Shown here in pieces: positions 11,576 to 22,862 of a stretch of DNA of 61,389 nucleotides. A program made the position numbers and the translations under genes. Within the stretch, counting starts at the first letter, position 1. Each line of letters begins with the position of its first letter. The DNA is taken from the NCBI GenBank assembly GCA_900128395.1, contig LT649249.1, forward strand, positions 1 to 61,389. Direction: 5' to 3'. The stretch is from Stramenopiles sp. TOSAG23-2. Lineage: Eukaryota. The notes under the pieces were generated by a model. It worked only from the letters and a program-made list of their open reading frames with translations. It did not search any database and was not told the origin of the DNA.

Positions 11576-12313
11576 ATTCCATCAATAATAATAGACGACT
11601 AATAATTACTTCGTATATATGATATTATAATCTTCTGTATTATTATCATAGACTATCTATTTATTATTATTGAAATTAAAATTATCTATTCATCATACAT
11701 CATGTTTTTTTATTTATATATGCATATATGATATTTTTTATTTAATAAATACTACGAGTATTTATTTAATTTAAGCTTTTAAATTATTATTTTTATGAAT
11801 GTATAGATACTGTATATGTAGATTAAGATCCAACTTCAGCACCAACAAACGCTTAGCTCTAGCTAATAATGTATAACTGTATTCGCTACAGTACGCAGGT
11901 TGCCTGTATATGTTCATCATCATTATCATTTAAGTCTTATAAGCTTATAAGCTTATAAAGTCACACTCCAGGCGGGCAGCAGGATTCTACAAAATTCCAG
12001 GAGAGGAATTATTTTTTAAGTTGATCAACCTTTGGTATAATATTGTACCAGTACCTTAACCTGGCCTATCTCATCCTTTTTATTTAAATAAAAAAAAAAA
12101 AAATCTCCTCCTCGTCGTTATATTGTTGCTATTATCATCCCAAAAAAAAATATAAATGAATTAAAGAAGAGCAGTCCAAGAAGCAAAAGTGAAAATCTGG
12201 CTAAAACCAGAACAAAAAAAAAAAAGATAACGAGACAATCAAAACACAGAAAAGAAGTAAAAAATCAAATATATTAATCAATATTAATCATAATTATAAT
12301 AATATAATCCATC

Positions 12314-13921
12314 ATGAATAAGAATAGTACCAAATGTGCCATAATGGACATTTGTAAAACAGCATTTATCGTCATATTCTCAATAACTATTATTATTTCT
12401 GTACATGCAGTACCTCCAGCCACAGCAAATGTAAAAGCCGGAGTTGAACATGTAGTGGTTTTTGACGCTGGTAGCAGTGGCACTCGTGTGCATGTGTTTA
12501 ATTTATACAAACGTGAGGATGGCGGCCCATTACCAGTGGTAGATATTACTGTACGTTCAAAGCAAACATTAAAAGTTAAACCTGGATTATCCGCGTTTGC
12601 TGAAAAATTAGATATGGAAGGTACAAAATCAGCAATGCTTGAATTATTAGACTTTGCCAATAGATTTGTTCCGATAGCTAAACGTCCCAGGACACCTTTG
12701 TTATTAAAAGCCACTGCTGGTCTAAGAGCTGTCAAAGCTACATCTGCAGAAGCAGTGTTGGAGGCTGTAAGAAATGTATTTCGAAAAAGTGAGTATCAAT
12801 TCGTAGGTCCATGGGTACAAATAATACCTGGATATGAAGAAGGTGGTTTATCTTGGGTTACTGCTAATTATTTAAAAGGTACATTTGATCCAAAAGCAAA
12901 TGGTAAAGAAAATCCTGCTACGCATGATTCTGAATCAGATTCTGGAAGTATCGGTGTCTTAGAATTAGGTGGTGGCTCGTTGCAAGTAACTATGCAAGTG
13001 GATGCCGCAAGGAAGATACCGGAGAAAGATAGGTTTGACTTCAAGATTCCAAATGGACGATCATATCATGTATTTGCACATAGCTATTTAGGTTTTGGTC
13101 AAGATTATGCGCAAACTGTTGCGATGGAAAAACACGCAGATAAGAACACGGTTCACACTGTGGTACCAATTAAACCAGCTGGTGATCCCTGCTATCCAAA
13201 AGGGTATGAACGCTATTGGTCGGTCGAGGGTTGCGAAGCAAGTGGAACTGGGACGAAAGAACTCTGTGCCGATGCAAAATCAAAAATTGTCAAAGGTCTT
13301 GGTAATGGAGGACAATGTTACGACCAAGCTATTGCATTTTTACAGAATTCTGGAGCAGATGCACCTGGTAAATATAGTATTCCACCACTGCGTGGACATT
13401 TCATCGCGATTGAAAATTTTTGGTATGTGAGAAATGATTTGAATTTACCTATGAAATGGGGTAAAGATGAACGCAATAAGGCTATACAGAAAGCATGTGA
13501 AACAACTACTGTAGCGGAATCGAATTTAAATAAACCAAAAGATCCAAAAGAATGTTTTGCATTGAGTTATCAAAATGCTTTAATCGATACGCTGAAAACA
13601 CGAAAAGAGAATGGTGCAGAGGTTGAGATTATACATGAGATAAATGGAGCAGATGTAGATTGGGCACTTGGTGCTGCAATCGTTCATTCCATTAAGAAAA
13701 AATCTGTTATTGTCGTGTCTGATGGAATAGAATCTTATGATACCTTTAAACCAACTTTTATGACGGTAACGTTTGAAATGATTGGTTTGATTGTTGCCAT
13801 TGCATTCCTCTACATGTGTTTTTGTAGGCGCCTTATATTTGGATTTGGTAAACAAGGCCTCTCATCATCAACAGATGGTATTGGTAATGGCATTTTAGGT
13901 AGTGCAAACAAGTTAGTATGA
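12314..13921 (+). CDS. GDA1/CD39 family apyrase (NTPDase)
   Basis: Apyrase conserved regions FDAGSSGTR, ATAGLR, GYEEG, ELGGGSLQ, DWALG; N- and C-terminal hydrophobic segments. Confidence 0.93.
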   Translation: MNKNSTKCAIMDICKTAFIVIFSITIIISVHAVPPATANVKAGVEHVVVFDAGSSGTRVHVFNLYKREDGGPLPVVDITVRSKQTLKVKPGLSAFAEKLDMEGTKSAMLELLDFANRFVPIAKRPRTPLLLKATAGLRAVKATSAEAVLEAVRNVFRKSEYQFVGPWVQIIPGYEEGGLSWVTANYLKGTFDPKANGKENPATHDSESDSGSIGVLELGGGSLQVTMQVDAARKIPEKDRFDFKIPNGRSYHVFAHSYLGFGQDYAQTVAMEKHADKNTVHTVVPIKPAGDPCYPKGYERYWSVEGCEASGTGTKELCADAKSKIVKGLGNGGQCYDQAIAFLQNSGADAPGKYSIPPLRGHFIAIENFWYVRNDLNLPMKWGKDERNKAIQKACETTTVAESNLNKPKDPKECFALSYQNALIDTLKTRKENGAEVEIIHEINGADVDWALGAAIVHSIKKKSVIVVSDGIESYDTFKPTFMTVTFEMIGLIVAIAFLYMCFCRRLIFGFGKQGLSSSTDGIGNGILGSANKLV

Positions 13922-14286
13922 ATATATATATATATATATATATATGATATGTAAAGGTAGAGAAGTAGGTATGCATATATGATAATTACCATTGAGTAAA
14001 TTATTATTAAAAAATAAAATGTAAAATTAATCCCCCGCATATTTACTGCGCATGAGAGCTTTACTTCGTATATATGATACGTATATTAATTATTAATAGT
14101 ATCATAGGAGAAAATTCTTTTCTTAGGATATTGAGGATTTAACAGACTAAGAACTCGTATTTTATAAAAAAAATAACTTATAGATTTTAACCATCATATT
14201 TTAAAATATATTTTTATATATATATCTCACATCATTTATATTTTGTGTTTACGTGTTATAACTTACGTAGATTTTAACCATCATTT

Positions 14287-16228
14287 TTACGATATGAGTT
14301 GAGAATTCACTTCAGCATCTAAATCAGCCCATGAATCAGACGATATTGATCTTCGTCGATAAAGTACTTTCGTTGCTGGGTCTGATTTCGCTTTTTCATC
14401 CCATCCATATTTATCAACTATATGCCTTACGCTATGCTTCAATTCATATCTTAACTCTTTTAATCTAGATTGTCGTTTGCTCCCATAGCTACTAGCTACT
14501 AAAATCCATGTATTGTTCATTACTCTTTTCCAAGTTTCGTTTGCTTTAATTCCAAAAATATATATAAATGGGCCACAACATAGAAATAAGACTGCCCACG
14601 ATTCACCATAAACGTACCATAGATAGGCCAGAATGCAATTAAAATGTAAAGGTAAAATAACAAAGCAAACCAAAACTTTCCACGTGCCTAACACATCTTT
14701 ACCTTCCAATTTAACAGTAGATTTTTTGACTGCGTCTCTTGCTTTTTTAGCAGCATAAAGGCGCACTGGAACTAATACTGGTAAAAAAAATAAATAGCAT
14801 ATAAATGCTGCAATAGTTAATGGAAGCAATACAATCATATTTAATCCAATCTCAATGATGGATATAACGGTATCGGCAACACTTTCATCTGGTACAGAAT
14901 TTTCAACTTTATGATCTGGCATAGAATATGCTTTTAATGTTTGGCGGTATGACAATACTTTAGAAAATAGTTCTTTCACATCATCTTCATCTTTTACTTT
15001 TTCATAACCAGATGTAAAAACACGTTGCATCCCTAATTTATCAATCTCTGAAATTGTTTCAACTGTTTCAGAACCATCAACTATATTTACAGGTAGGTAT
15101 AATTTATTCATCATGCGAAAAAATTGAAAATGTTTATAATCAACAGCACCAACTGTGCATCGTTTTAAACCTACATGAATTTGATGCAAAAAGGAAGATA
15201 CTGCTATCCTTTTATCACTTCCACCTTTTGAAAATGTTTCAAATATTTTCTCATCGGGGAAAATTGGTTTTCCTATTTCAACAAAAACACGCGATCGAAA
15301 ACGATGACCAGACAGATAATTGATACCAACTGGTACGACTGGAACTGCTTTTCCATAACGTTTCATCGCCTCTAATGCAATCAATGCTATTCCAGCTTTT
15401 AACGGTAGTAAATCTGATCTATCATGCGAACCACCCTCAGGAAAGATCCCAATAGATTTTCCTTGATTTATTCTTTGAAATACAGAGTCATAAAACTTTG
15501 AATGATCAATATTTGGAATTATCTTAAATTTTTTCGAAGATTTCATTACCATTGGACTTGGCATATTTTCCACTTCTTGTTTTTTTGGTGGTTTTACAAT
15601 TAACTTGATATCAGAAACAACTTCTTCTACTTTCAATTTATAAGTAGTCTCTTTGACATAAATTATATCTCCTACATTTACTTCCGTTTTAAAACGTGTT
15701 TTATTGCCTTGGATATATTTCATATCTTTAAATATGACGAGACCTGATCCTTCCACGGCAATATCCTGAGGCCTTTCTACTGGAATAGCATCCAATGAAC
15801 GAATCAATGCACCTTCATAAGGCTTTCTGCATGATTTTGCAGCAGCTATAAAACCAACATCTGGCCTTGCATTTAATGCACGTAAAACAACAACACCATC
15901 AATAAATTGGTTATTATGTGGTCCACACGCAAAAATGACAGGGCCTTCTAGCGGAATATTGTGTGCCCCGCCAACGTCGAAATTTTTGAAAAATAATTCT
16001 GTAATCCATAAAAGCAACGTTCGTACAACTTTCTTCAACTCAATAGCATCTACAAGCCAAAATCCAAATGGAATGATAGCTACCGCCTTAGAGAAAAACC
16101 AATGAAACCCTAGAGATAAAATGAATACATCGATCCATATGGAAAGCCATAACAACCAAAGTCCACTTGTTTGTGTCATCAAAAAGAAAGAGCTAGTTGA
16201 CTTGCTATGTACAGCATCGGAGTTTTTA

Positions 16229-16259
<31 letters not shown>

Positions 16260-16278
16260 TATTATTATTATTGCTCAT
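14287..16278 (-). CDS. Glycerol-3-phosphate O-acyltransferase (SCT1/GPT2-like)
   Basis: Acyltransferase motifs PHNNQFID, PVERPQD, IFPEGGSHDR, FRS; C-terminal GKDVLGTWK and TM helices. Confidence 0.9.
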
Positions 16279-16628
16279 GTTATTTAATTATTATTTATTT
16301 TATATTAAATAAAATAATACTATTATTTAAATTAAATAAAAAAAGACTTTAGTATTATTTATATATATGTCTGTGTGTGTGTATTTAAGTTTTAGCTATC
16401 AGATATTGACTTTATTAATAAGTTATAGGTACAATAAATATATTGCTTATGGTTGATGAAGTTTATTCATCAACTTTATTAATTTACTGGAATAGCTCCT
16501 CTATTTTTTATAATAATAATAATATTCACATAAAAAACAAAACAACACATGCACGCACTTTATTGTATATTTATAAATATAATATCTAGAATATAAAAAT
16601 ATTTTTTTAAAAACACTAATTTTTTTTT

Positions 16629-17561
16629 TTACAACCCTTTGAATTTATTAGTTAGTTTCATTTTTTGTACTTTCTTTTTATCTGCTTCAAATTGTTCACG
16701 TAATTCAGCTAATTTATCCCGTTTACCTTCTTTTAATTGGAAACGATAGAAATCTTTCAATTCTTTTTCTTTTTTTTTCTTTTTACGTGGTGCGATGTTA
16801 GATGCATTTTGACCACCACGACGTGCTTGTTTACTACGTTTAACAACAGTAAAACCATCATCATCTGCTTCTTGCATTCGTTTTTCCATTGCTTTACGTT
16901 CATCTTCCAATCGTTGTTGGAATTGTTCCATGTATTCATCTGCATCCGCTCGCAATGATGATAATGTTGGCACGCTATCGATAGCTTCTTGCAACCATTG
17001 TTCATACCCTTCATTTACTGCTGATAAAATTAATGGTGTTTTTATCAAGCTATTAGATGTTAATTCCATAATATTATCAACATCTCCTTCAGTGTCAAAA
17101 GTTACATGTGCATATTTTACAGGTGTCGTCGATGAATTTTTCAATTCACCTATGCCAACATCAACAACTTGAATAGATCCTATAGAAAACAATGTTTTCA
17201 CACTTGCTTCATCCATACGACTACATAAATTTGCTACAAATATAGTATTTCGTTTATTATTTTCCACTTCCACGGTTTCTCCCATCATATTATTATTATT
17301 ATTATCAATTTTATCAGAACGTTTTAATCGTTTACCAAAATGTCTACGAAAATATATACATGAACGTACTTTAACAATATTATCGTCATTATTACTGCTA
17401 TCTTTAAAAGTAGCATCTGAATCAGACGACGTTATAATATGTTTTAATATTGGCAAACATTTATAACCATTAATCATAGTTAAATCTATTTCTTCATTAT
17501 TTTTCTCCTGATTGTTATTATTATTACCTTTATTTCGCTTGCGTTTTTTGGAACTACCCAT
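16629..17561 (-). CDS. RRP7: Ribosomal RNA processing protein 7
   Basis: RRM-like region (TIFVANL) plus RRP7 C-terminal signature DDDGFTVV...DFYRFQ..E.KR..L.ELR..FE.DK.K. Confidence 0.9.
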   Translation of the reverse strand: MGSSKKRKRNKGNNNNNQEKNNEEIDLTMINGYKCLPILKHIITSSDSDATFKDSSNNDDNIVKVRSCIYFRRHFGKRLKRSDKIDNNNNNMMGETVEVENNKRNTIFVANLCSRMDEASVKTLFSIGSIQVVDVGIGELKNSSTTPVKYAHVTFDTEGDVDNIMELTSNSLIKTPLILSAVNEGYEQWLQEAIDSVPTLSSLRADADEYMEQFQQRLEDERKAMEKRMQEADDDGFTVVKRSKQARRGGQNASNIAPRKKKKKEKELKDFYRFQLKEGKRDKLAELREQFEADKKKVQKMKLTNKFKGL

Positions 17562-17944
17562 TATTAGCCAATATATATATATCTACGCCTCTTTATATAT
17601 AGATAAATAAATAAATAAATCAATAGATGGATAGATGTATGGAACTAAATATTTCTTCAACTGCTCGTATTGTTATATTGGCCAGTATACACATTGTGAA
17701 GATATCCAATGTAAGTAATTTATAAAAAAATTTTTTTTTTTTTTGTTTTTTATATGTATGTTGTTGTTGTGCAACTTGTTGTTGTGATGACGACAACAAT
17801 CCTAATAATAATTGTGGATGGATGGAGGAGCTACTGTATTCTTACGTTACAAGTATATATAAAAATATACTTAATTTGTTACGTGATGGAAAAAAGAAAC
17901 TATCCTTAAATAGGTTTTTGAGAAAAAAAAACTGTGTAATGTTT

Positions 17945-20900
17945 CTGTGCTGTGTCCCCTACCACCATTTCGGGCTCTCACGCGTTTACGATAGTATTAC
18001 GCTTACGGACAAAACTCCTAAAACGTGTAGCATAAGTACGAAACATGCCGTAGCATTCACCACACCCGTTTGCCTATCATGTAGTACCGATTAAAAATAT
18101 CCGCAACTGGTTCAGTAGCAATCACACAGTATGGAGAGTTTTTCTATTCGGACCGATACATCTAAAAAAAGACCATGTATATACAATAGGAAAATAGTAT
18201 TACAAACAACTACCCGAATCGGTAAAAAAGAATCCGCCTTCGATAAGATTATTCTGCCGCCCAAGTAATCCTTTCCCTAGAGTCAAGACACCTGCGGCCT
18301 ATGTGCGCGTGCTACACGCCTGCTAGGGTTTCTAATTTTGTGAAGGATTTTTTAGGATGGTGATATCATTGTACGCGCAAAGAGTCTAAGCACGTTTATG
18401 TTTGGTTTTTTGATGCCAGCCTTTTTTTTGCCTGGCCAGCTGGAGGAGGAGGGCATCATCCAGGATTTAATAATAATAATAAAAAATACTTTAAAAAAAT
18501 TCCATACTAAATGCATATATATTATATTATAGAATAAAAATAAGAAAAACAAAAGCTGAGCCACATAAGACATCAATCACTAAAAAGCTTGCTCCATCGT
18601 CTTGTACTTCTGTTTTTTTATTTTGTTGTGTATATAGATGATATTTTTGATATAAAACGTTGAAAAGTTTTTTTAATGAAAGAATATAGCAGGGGGGTAC
18701 ATTTTTTTTATTTTGGATTATTCTTCTCTTGAAGTAAATATTCTGATTATAATGTTACGTTTACAACTTTTTCTATTTTCCTGTTTGTTTGTTCTTGTTT
18801 TTTCTGAGAATATACACAGGAACAATAAAGATGTTAATAGTCAGGTTATACCTGTTCGTACGAGGAGACATCTTAGAAAACATATAGGAATAGGACCATC
18901 GAAACAACAAGTGTCTTTTCTTCAAGTACAAAATAAAGCAGATCCGGCAGATGCCGAAGGAGCCGTCTCAGAAGATGATGCAGGTTGTGGAGGTGCTGCA
19001 GGTGATAAGCAAGGAACTAGTAAAGAAGAATCGACTCCAGAAGACCAAGAAGAAGAAGAAAAGGAAGAAGGGGAAGAAGAAGGAGATGGACAAGGAGCAG
19101 AATCGGAAGGTGATGGTCAACTTGCTGAAACACCATGTTCGCATGATAAAGCAGCTGATGATGCTGCGAAAGCCGCTGATGCTGCTGACGCTGAGGCTGA
19201 TGCTGAAGAGGCTGCTGCTGGTGATGCTGCTGGAGGTGGTTCTGGGGACGATCCTGGTGCTGGCGATGACGACGATGATGGTGCTTCAGATGGTGCTGAT
19301 AAAGATGGGACAGCGGATGGCTCAAAGCCAGGCGATGATTCAAAACCGAGTGATGGCACAACACCAAGCGATGCATCAACACCGAGTGATGGCACAACAC
19401 CAAGCGATGCATCAAAAGCCCCGCCGAAACCACCAGGTGAGGTGGGAGAATATGATGGTGAAACTTATAAAAAAGATGGTCGAGAATGGAAAGGAGAAGA
19501 AGCTAAAAAAATGCATGAATATGACCAAAAAAGATATAGTGACGATCCAGCAGAACGACAAGCTGCAGGTGATTTAGGTAAACAAATACATGAAGACAAG
19601 CATGGCCAAACGTTGAGGGATAATAATGAAGCAGCAAGAACACGAATACCAGACAAAATTGGTACAATGGAGAATGGAGTCTATACCACTCCAGACGGAC
19701 GAAAAATGACTGGAACCGATGCTCAAAATGCGCTGAAATATGACCAATTACGGACTTCAAATGACCCAGAGGAACGTGCACAAGCAAAAGAATTTGGTGA
19801 AAAGGTTCACGAGGAAAAATGGAAAGAGACATTAGACAAGAACAATGAAGATGCCAGAAATCGGCCTTCTACACGAGAAGTTGGAACCACGAATGAAAAT
19901 GGTGATTATACAAGTGCGGATGGGTCAAGAACGTTCAAGAGCGGTCCTCATGCGGATATAAATAGAGAGTATGATAAAAAGTTGTCTGAAGGACAGGTAG
20001 AAGAAGCGGAAAAGTTTGGGAAAGAGATGCATGATAAAATCGGGCAATGTAAAAATACAGGATATACTTCTTTCATTGACATAGGAAGAAATTTAGTGAA
20101 ACAGCATATGGATAAATATGGAGGCTGCCCATGTAATAAATGTTTTTACAACGGTCAAGGCCCATGCTGTTGCCCGGAGGGCCCACCAAATCCACAAGCA
20201 GAAGGCATTTTGAAAAATTATGCCAGGGAGACTGAGGATCGACGCGAGGCTAGAGAAACGCTAAGTGGTGAAGTTACGTATCAAGACGAATTGAAGGGTC
20301 AACTGTCCAAATTATCATACGCCGGAGAAATAAATGCAGGGTATTTGGGAGCAAATGGATATGATCCTGATAGGATCAAACCACCGCCAGGTTTTGTGGT
20401 TGACAAAGATTTATCTACTCGAGAGGGAACTGTGTTTGTCAACACTAAAACGAATGAGGTAACTGTGGCTTATAAGGGGACGCAGGCTGAGTCCTCTGCC
20501 AGTGATCTTTTTAATGATATATACATTGCTGTTGGAAGTGAAGGTAGTCCGCATAATCGAAGAGCGTTATCACAGATGAGAGCAGTACAAGATAAGTATA
20601 AAGGCTCAAACATTGATGCAACCGGGCACTCATTAGGTGGATCGACAGCAATTGCAGTTGGTCGACAGACTGGTGTACCTGTCACTGCCTTCAATCCAGG
20701 GGGGAGTCTGCCAGGAATCAGGAACGTTAATAAATGTCCTACCTGTAGAATCATAGTGACAGAGGGAGATCCCATCAGTGGAGCTCACAGGGATCACGCA
20801 GACGTCGTTATCAAAAACCCACAAAAAGGGAAAATTGGTAATCATATGCTTTATCCCACTCTAAAGTTCATGGAAGCATTCACCTTTATTCGACATTCTC

Positions 20901-22238
20901 CATATCTAAAGCAATCGTCTATAGATCATATGAGATTTCGAGGCAGTAAAAGCTGGAGTGAGTCTCTACTACCTGTAAGAATTCCAATCTCGAATATCCC
21001 AAGTCATCATATCTGGCTTTATCTTCATAGAGCAGATGGTCAAGAGTCAAAAAAATCGACGTTTCGTATGGAAGCACCAAACAGTTCAAGATCACAGCTA
21101 TACAAGAAAAAAAATGGTACTGTAAATATATAAAATAATTCATTTCATTTATATTGTATATAAATAATATTTTTATTAAATTTAAATTTTTATTATTTTA
21201 TTATTTAAAATATAAAAAAAAGATATCTTGTTTTTATTTTGATGTGTTAGAGTATTTGCGCGGCTAATGGTGGATGACTGCTAAAAATCCTAAATTAAAT
21301 TTAGAAAAAATAGCAGGTTCATAATACCACAAGACGCGCAACATCTCTAGTACACCTGGCAAAAAAATAATAAAATAAACAAAATATCTTTTTAATAAAT
21401 TGAAATGAATAAAAATATTATTTATATATAAATGAATGAATTGTATCCACCTCATATACACTCTTTTCACACCATTATATCTATCCATAATTAAATTTTG
21501 ATAACCAGCATGTAGTCCATCCAATCATGCCGTATGTTTTATACAGTGTGATGGATTTTGTTGCCCTGTGAAGAAATGCTACACGGAAAAAGATTAGCTA
21601 CCCGGTGTTGAAATACATATACGTCTGATCGGCCACCACGTTTTGGTGATACCAATCACAGCATATCTATCACAACAAAACGTTCGCTTGTATCTTTTAG
21701 GAAATCAACCATGTAAGTGAAGCGTTGACCCCTGCCCAGAAAGACTCCCATACGTGTTGGCATCTCGCACCAACCAAGATATCCTCCACGTCGTGTGGGT
21801 TACCCACAACGCGTTAATACTCTTGGTGTTGATAAAAGAAGCTTCACGCGTGTTTATAAATACACACGATACTAGGATATCGTGAGTGTGTTCCATGTCC
21901 AGTTGCATTTTTGGAATTAGGGAAAAAAGAAACACATTAAGTACAAAAAACATTATTCTTGCAGAATATTCGTAGCGAATACTGTACCTTATTTTCTAGA
22001 ATAAAATTCCAAATCTCATTTTTCTCAAAAGTATACTAATTGATTCTATTTTAGTACGATTTTCAATCATTTGATAGGCTCCCCACAGGTTTTTAGGAGT
22101 TAGGTGAAAATAAAATGTGTCATAGCATACAAATAGGCTTATGATGTTGACTTTATTTTTGCTATTTATTATTACACTCTCTACTAAGGAAATACCATTG
22201 GGAGTGGGGCTATTATTAGGGTTGGGGACACAGCACAG
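17945..22238. mobile_element. Candidate degenerate inverted-repeat-bounded element carrying a lipase-domain gene
   Basis: ctgtgctgtgtccc (17945-17958) inverted at 22225-22238; colinear inverted matches aactcctaaaa (18013 / 22091-22101) and gcctatca (18072 / 22072-22079); no transposase or clear TSD seen. Confidence 0.35.
18752..21133 (+). CDS. Secreted modular protein with C-terminal alpha/beta-hydrolase (lipase class 3/DUF2974-like) domain
   Basis: Signal peptide MLRLQLFLFSCLFVLVFS from ATG 18752; acidic low-complexity region; three internal ~65-aa repeats; Cys cluster; VAYKGT, TGHSLGG, AFNPG, DPIS motifs. Confidence 0.85.
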   Translation: MLRLQLFLFSCLFVLVFSENIHRNNKDVNSQVIPVRTRRHLRKHIGIGPSKQQVSFLQVQNKADPADAEGAVSEDDAGCGGAAGDKQGTSKEESTPEDQEEEEKEEGEEEGDGQGAESEGDGQLAETPCSHDKAADDAAKAADAADAEADAEEAAAGDAAGGGSGDDPGAGDDDDDGASDGADKDGTADGSKPGDDSKPSDGTTPSDASTPSDGTTPSDASKAPPKPPGEVGEYDGETYKKDGREWKGEEAKKMHEYDQKRYSDDPAERQAAGDLGKQIHEDKHGQTLRDNNEAARTRIPDKIGTMENGVYTTPDGRKMTGTDAQNALKYDQLRTSNDPEERAQAKEFGEKVHEEKWKETLDKNNEDARNRPSTREVGTTNENGDYTSADGSRTFKSGPHADINREYDKKLSEGQVEEAEKFGKEMHDKIGQCKNTGYTSFIDIGRNLVKQHMDKYGGCPCNKCFYNGQGPCCCPEGPPNPQAEGILKNYARETEDRREARETLSGEVTYQDELKGQLSKLSYAGEINAGYLGANGYDPDRIKPPPGFVVDKDLSTREGTVFVNTKTNEVTVAYKGTQAESSASDLFNDIYIAVGSEGSPHNRRALSQMRAVQDKYKGSNIDATGHSLGGSTAIAVGRQTGVPVTAFNPGGSLPGIRNVNKCPTCRIIVTEGDPISGAHRDHADVVIKNPQKGKIGNHMLYPTLKFMEAFTFIRHSPYLKQSSIDHMRFRGSKSWSESLLPVRIPISNIPSHHIWLYLHRADGQESKKSTFRMEAPNSSRSQLYKKKNGTVNI

Positions 22239-22656
22239 TACGTAGATTTGGACCAGGAAATGCCTCTGGTGTCCAGAGAAGGGGGGGGTGCTAGGAAAAA
22301 CCTGGAAAATCTGGAAAACAACTGAAGTTGCTGCTGCTGTGATGATGTTACCATAGTCTAGGTCCTAGACTTTTTAATGTTATTATACCAGCAGGTAAAA
22401 ATTGTTGTGTCTACCTCGTAATAATACATAACAAGTAGTTACAAGTTTACAGTAGTTGTATGTTAACAAGTTTATTAATAATAAAGTGCTAAACCATTTA
22501 ATAAGTTTAAAGTAATTACCAGGATTACATTATATTATTAATAGTTATTGTTGTTGGCGCTGCGTGTAATAGTAGGGTGCAATAGAGTTAATATATTATA
22601 CTAGATACTATAATAATAACATATCAATAATACAATAACAGATAGTACATACATAC

Positions 22657-22862
22657 ATACATTCATACACATATATACGTAGACATATAATTAATTACGA
22701 ACCTGAAATATAAAAGTTGATTATAACATGGGAAACAAACAAAGTGAATTTAATACAGAATACATTCATACACATATATACGTAGACATATAATTAATTA
22801 CGAACCTGAAATATAAAAGTTGATTATAACATGGGAAACAAACAAAGTGAATTTAATACAGA
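22657..22862. repeat. Exact tandem duplication, 103-bp unit
   Basis: Two identical copies spanning the start codon (ATG at 22728 and 22831). Confidence 0.95.

Noticed and set aside
18320-18335. Telomerase RNA template (aaaccctag on the minus strand)
   Set aside because: Only a partial telomeric word, with no 1.5-repeat template or other supporting elements recognised
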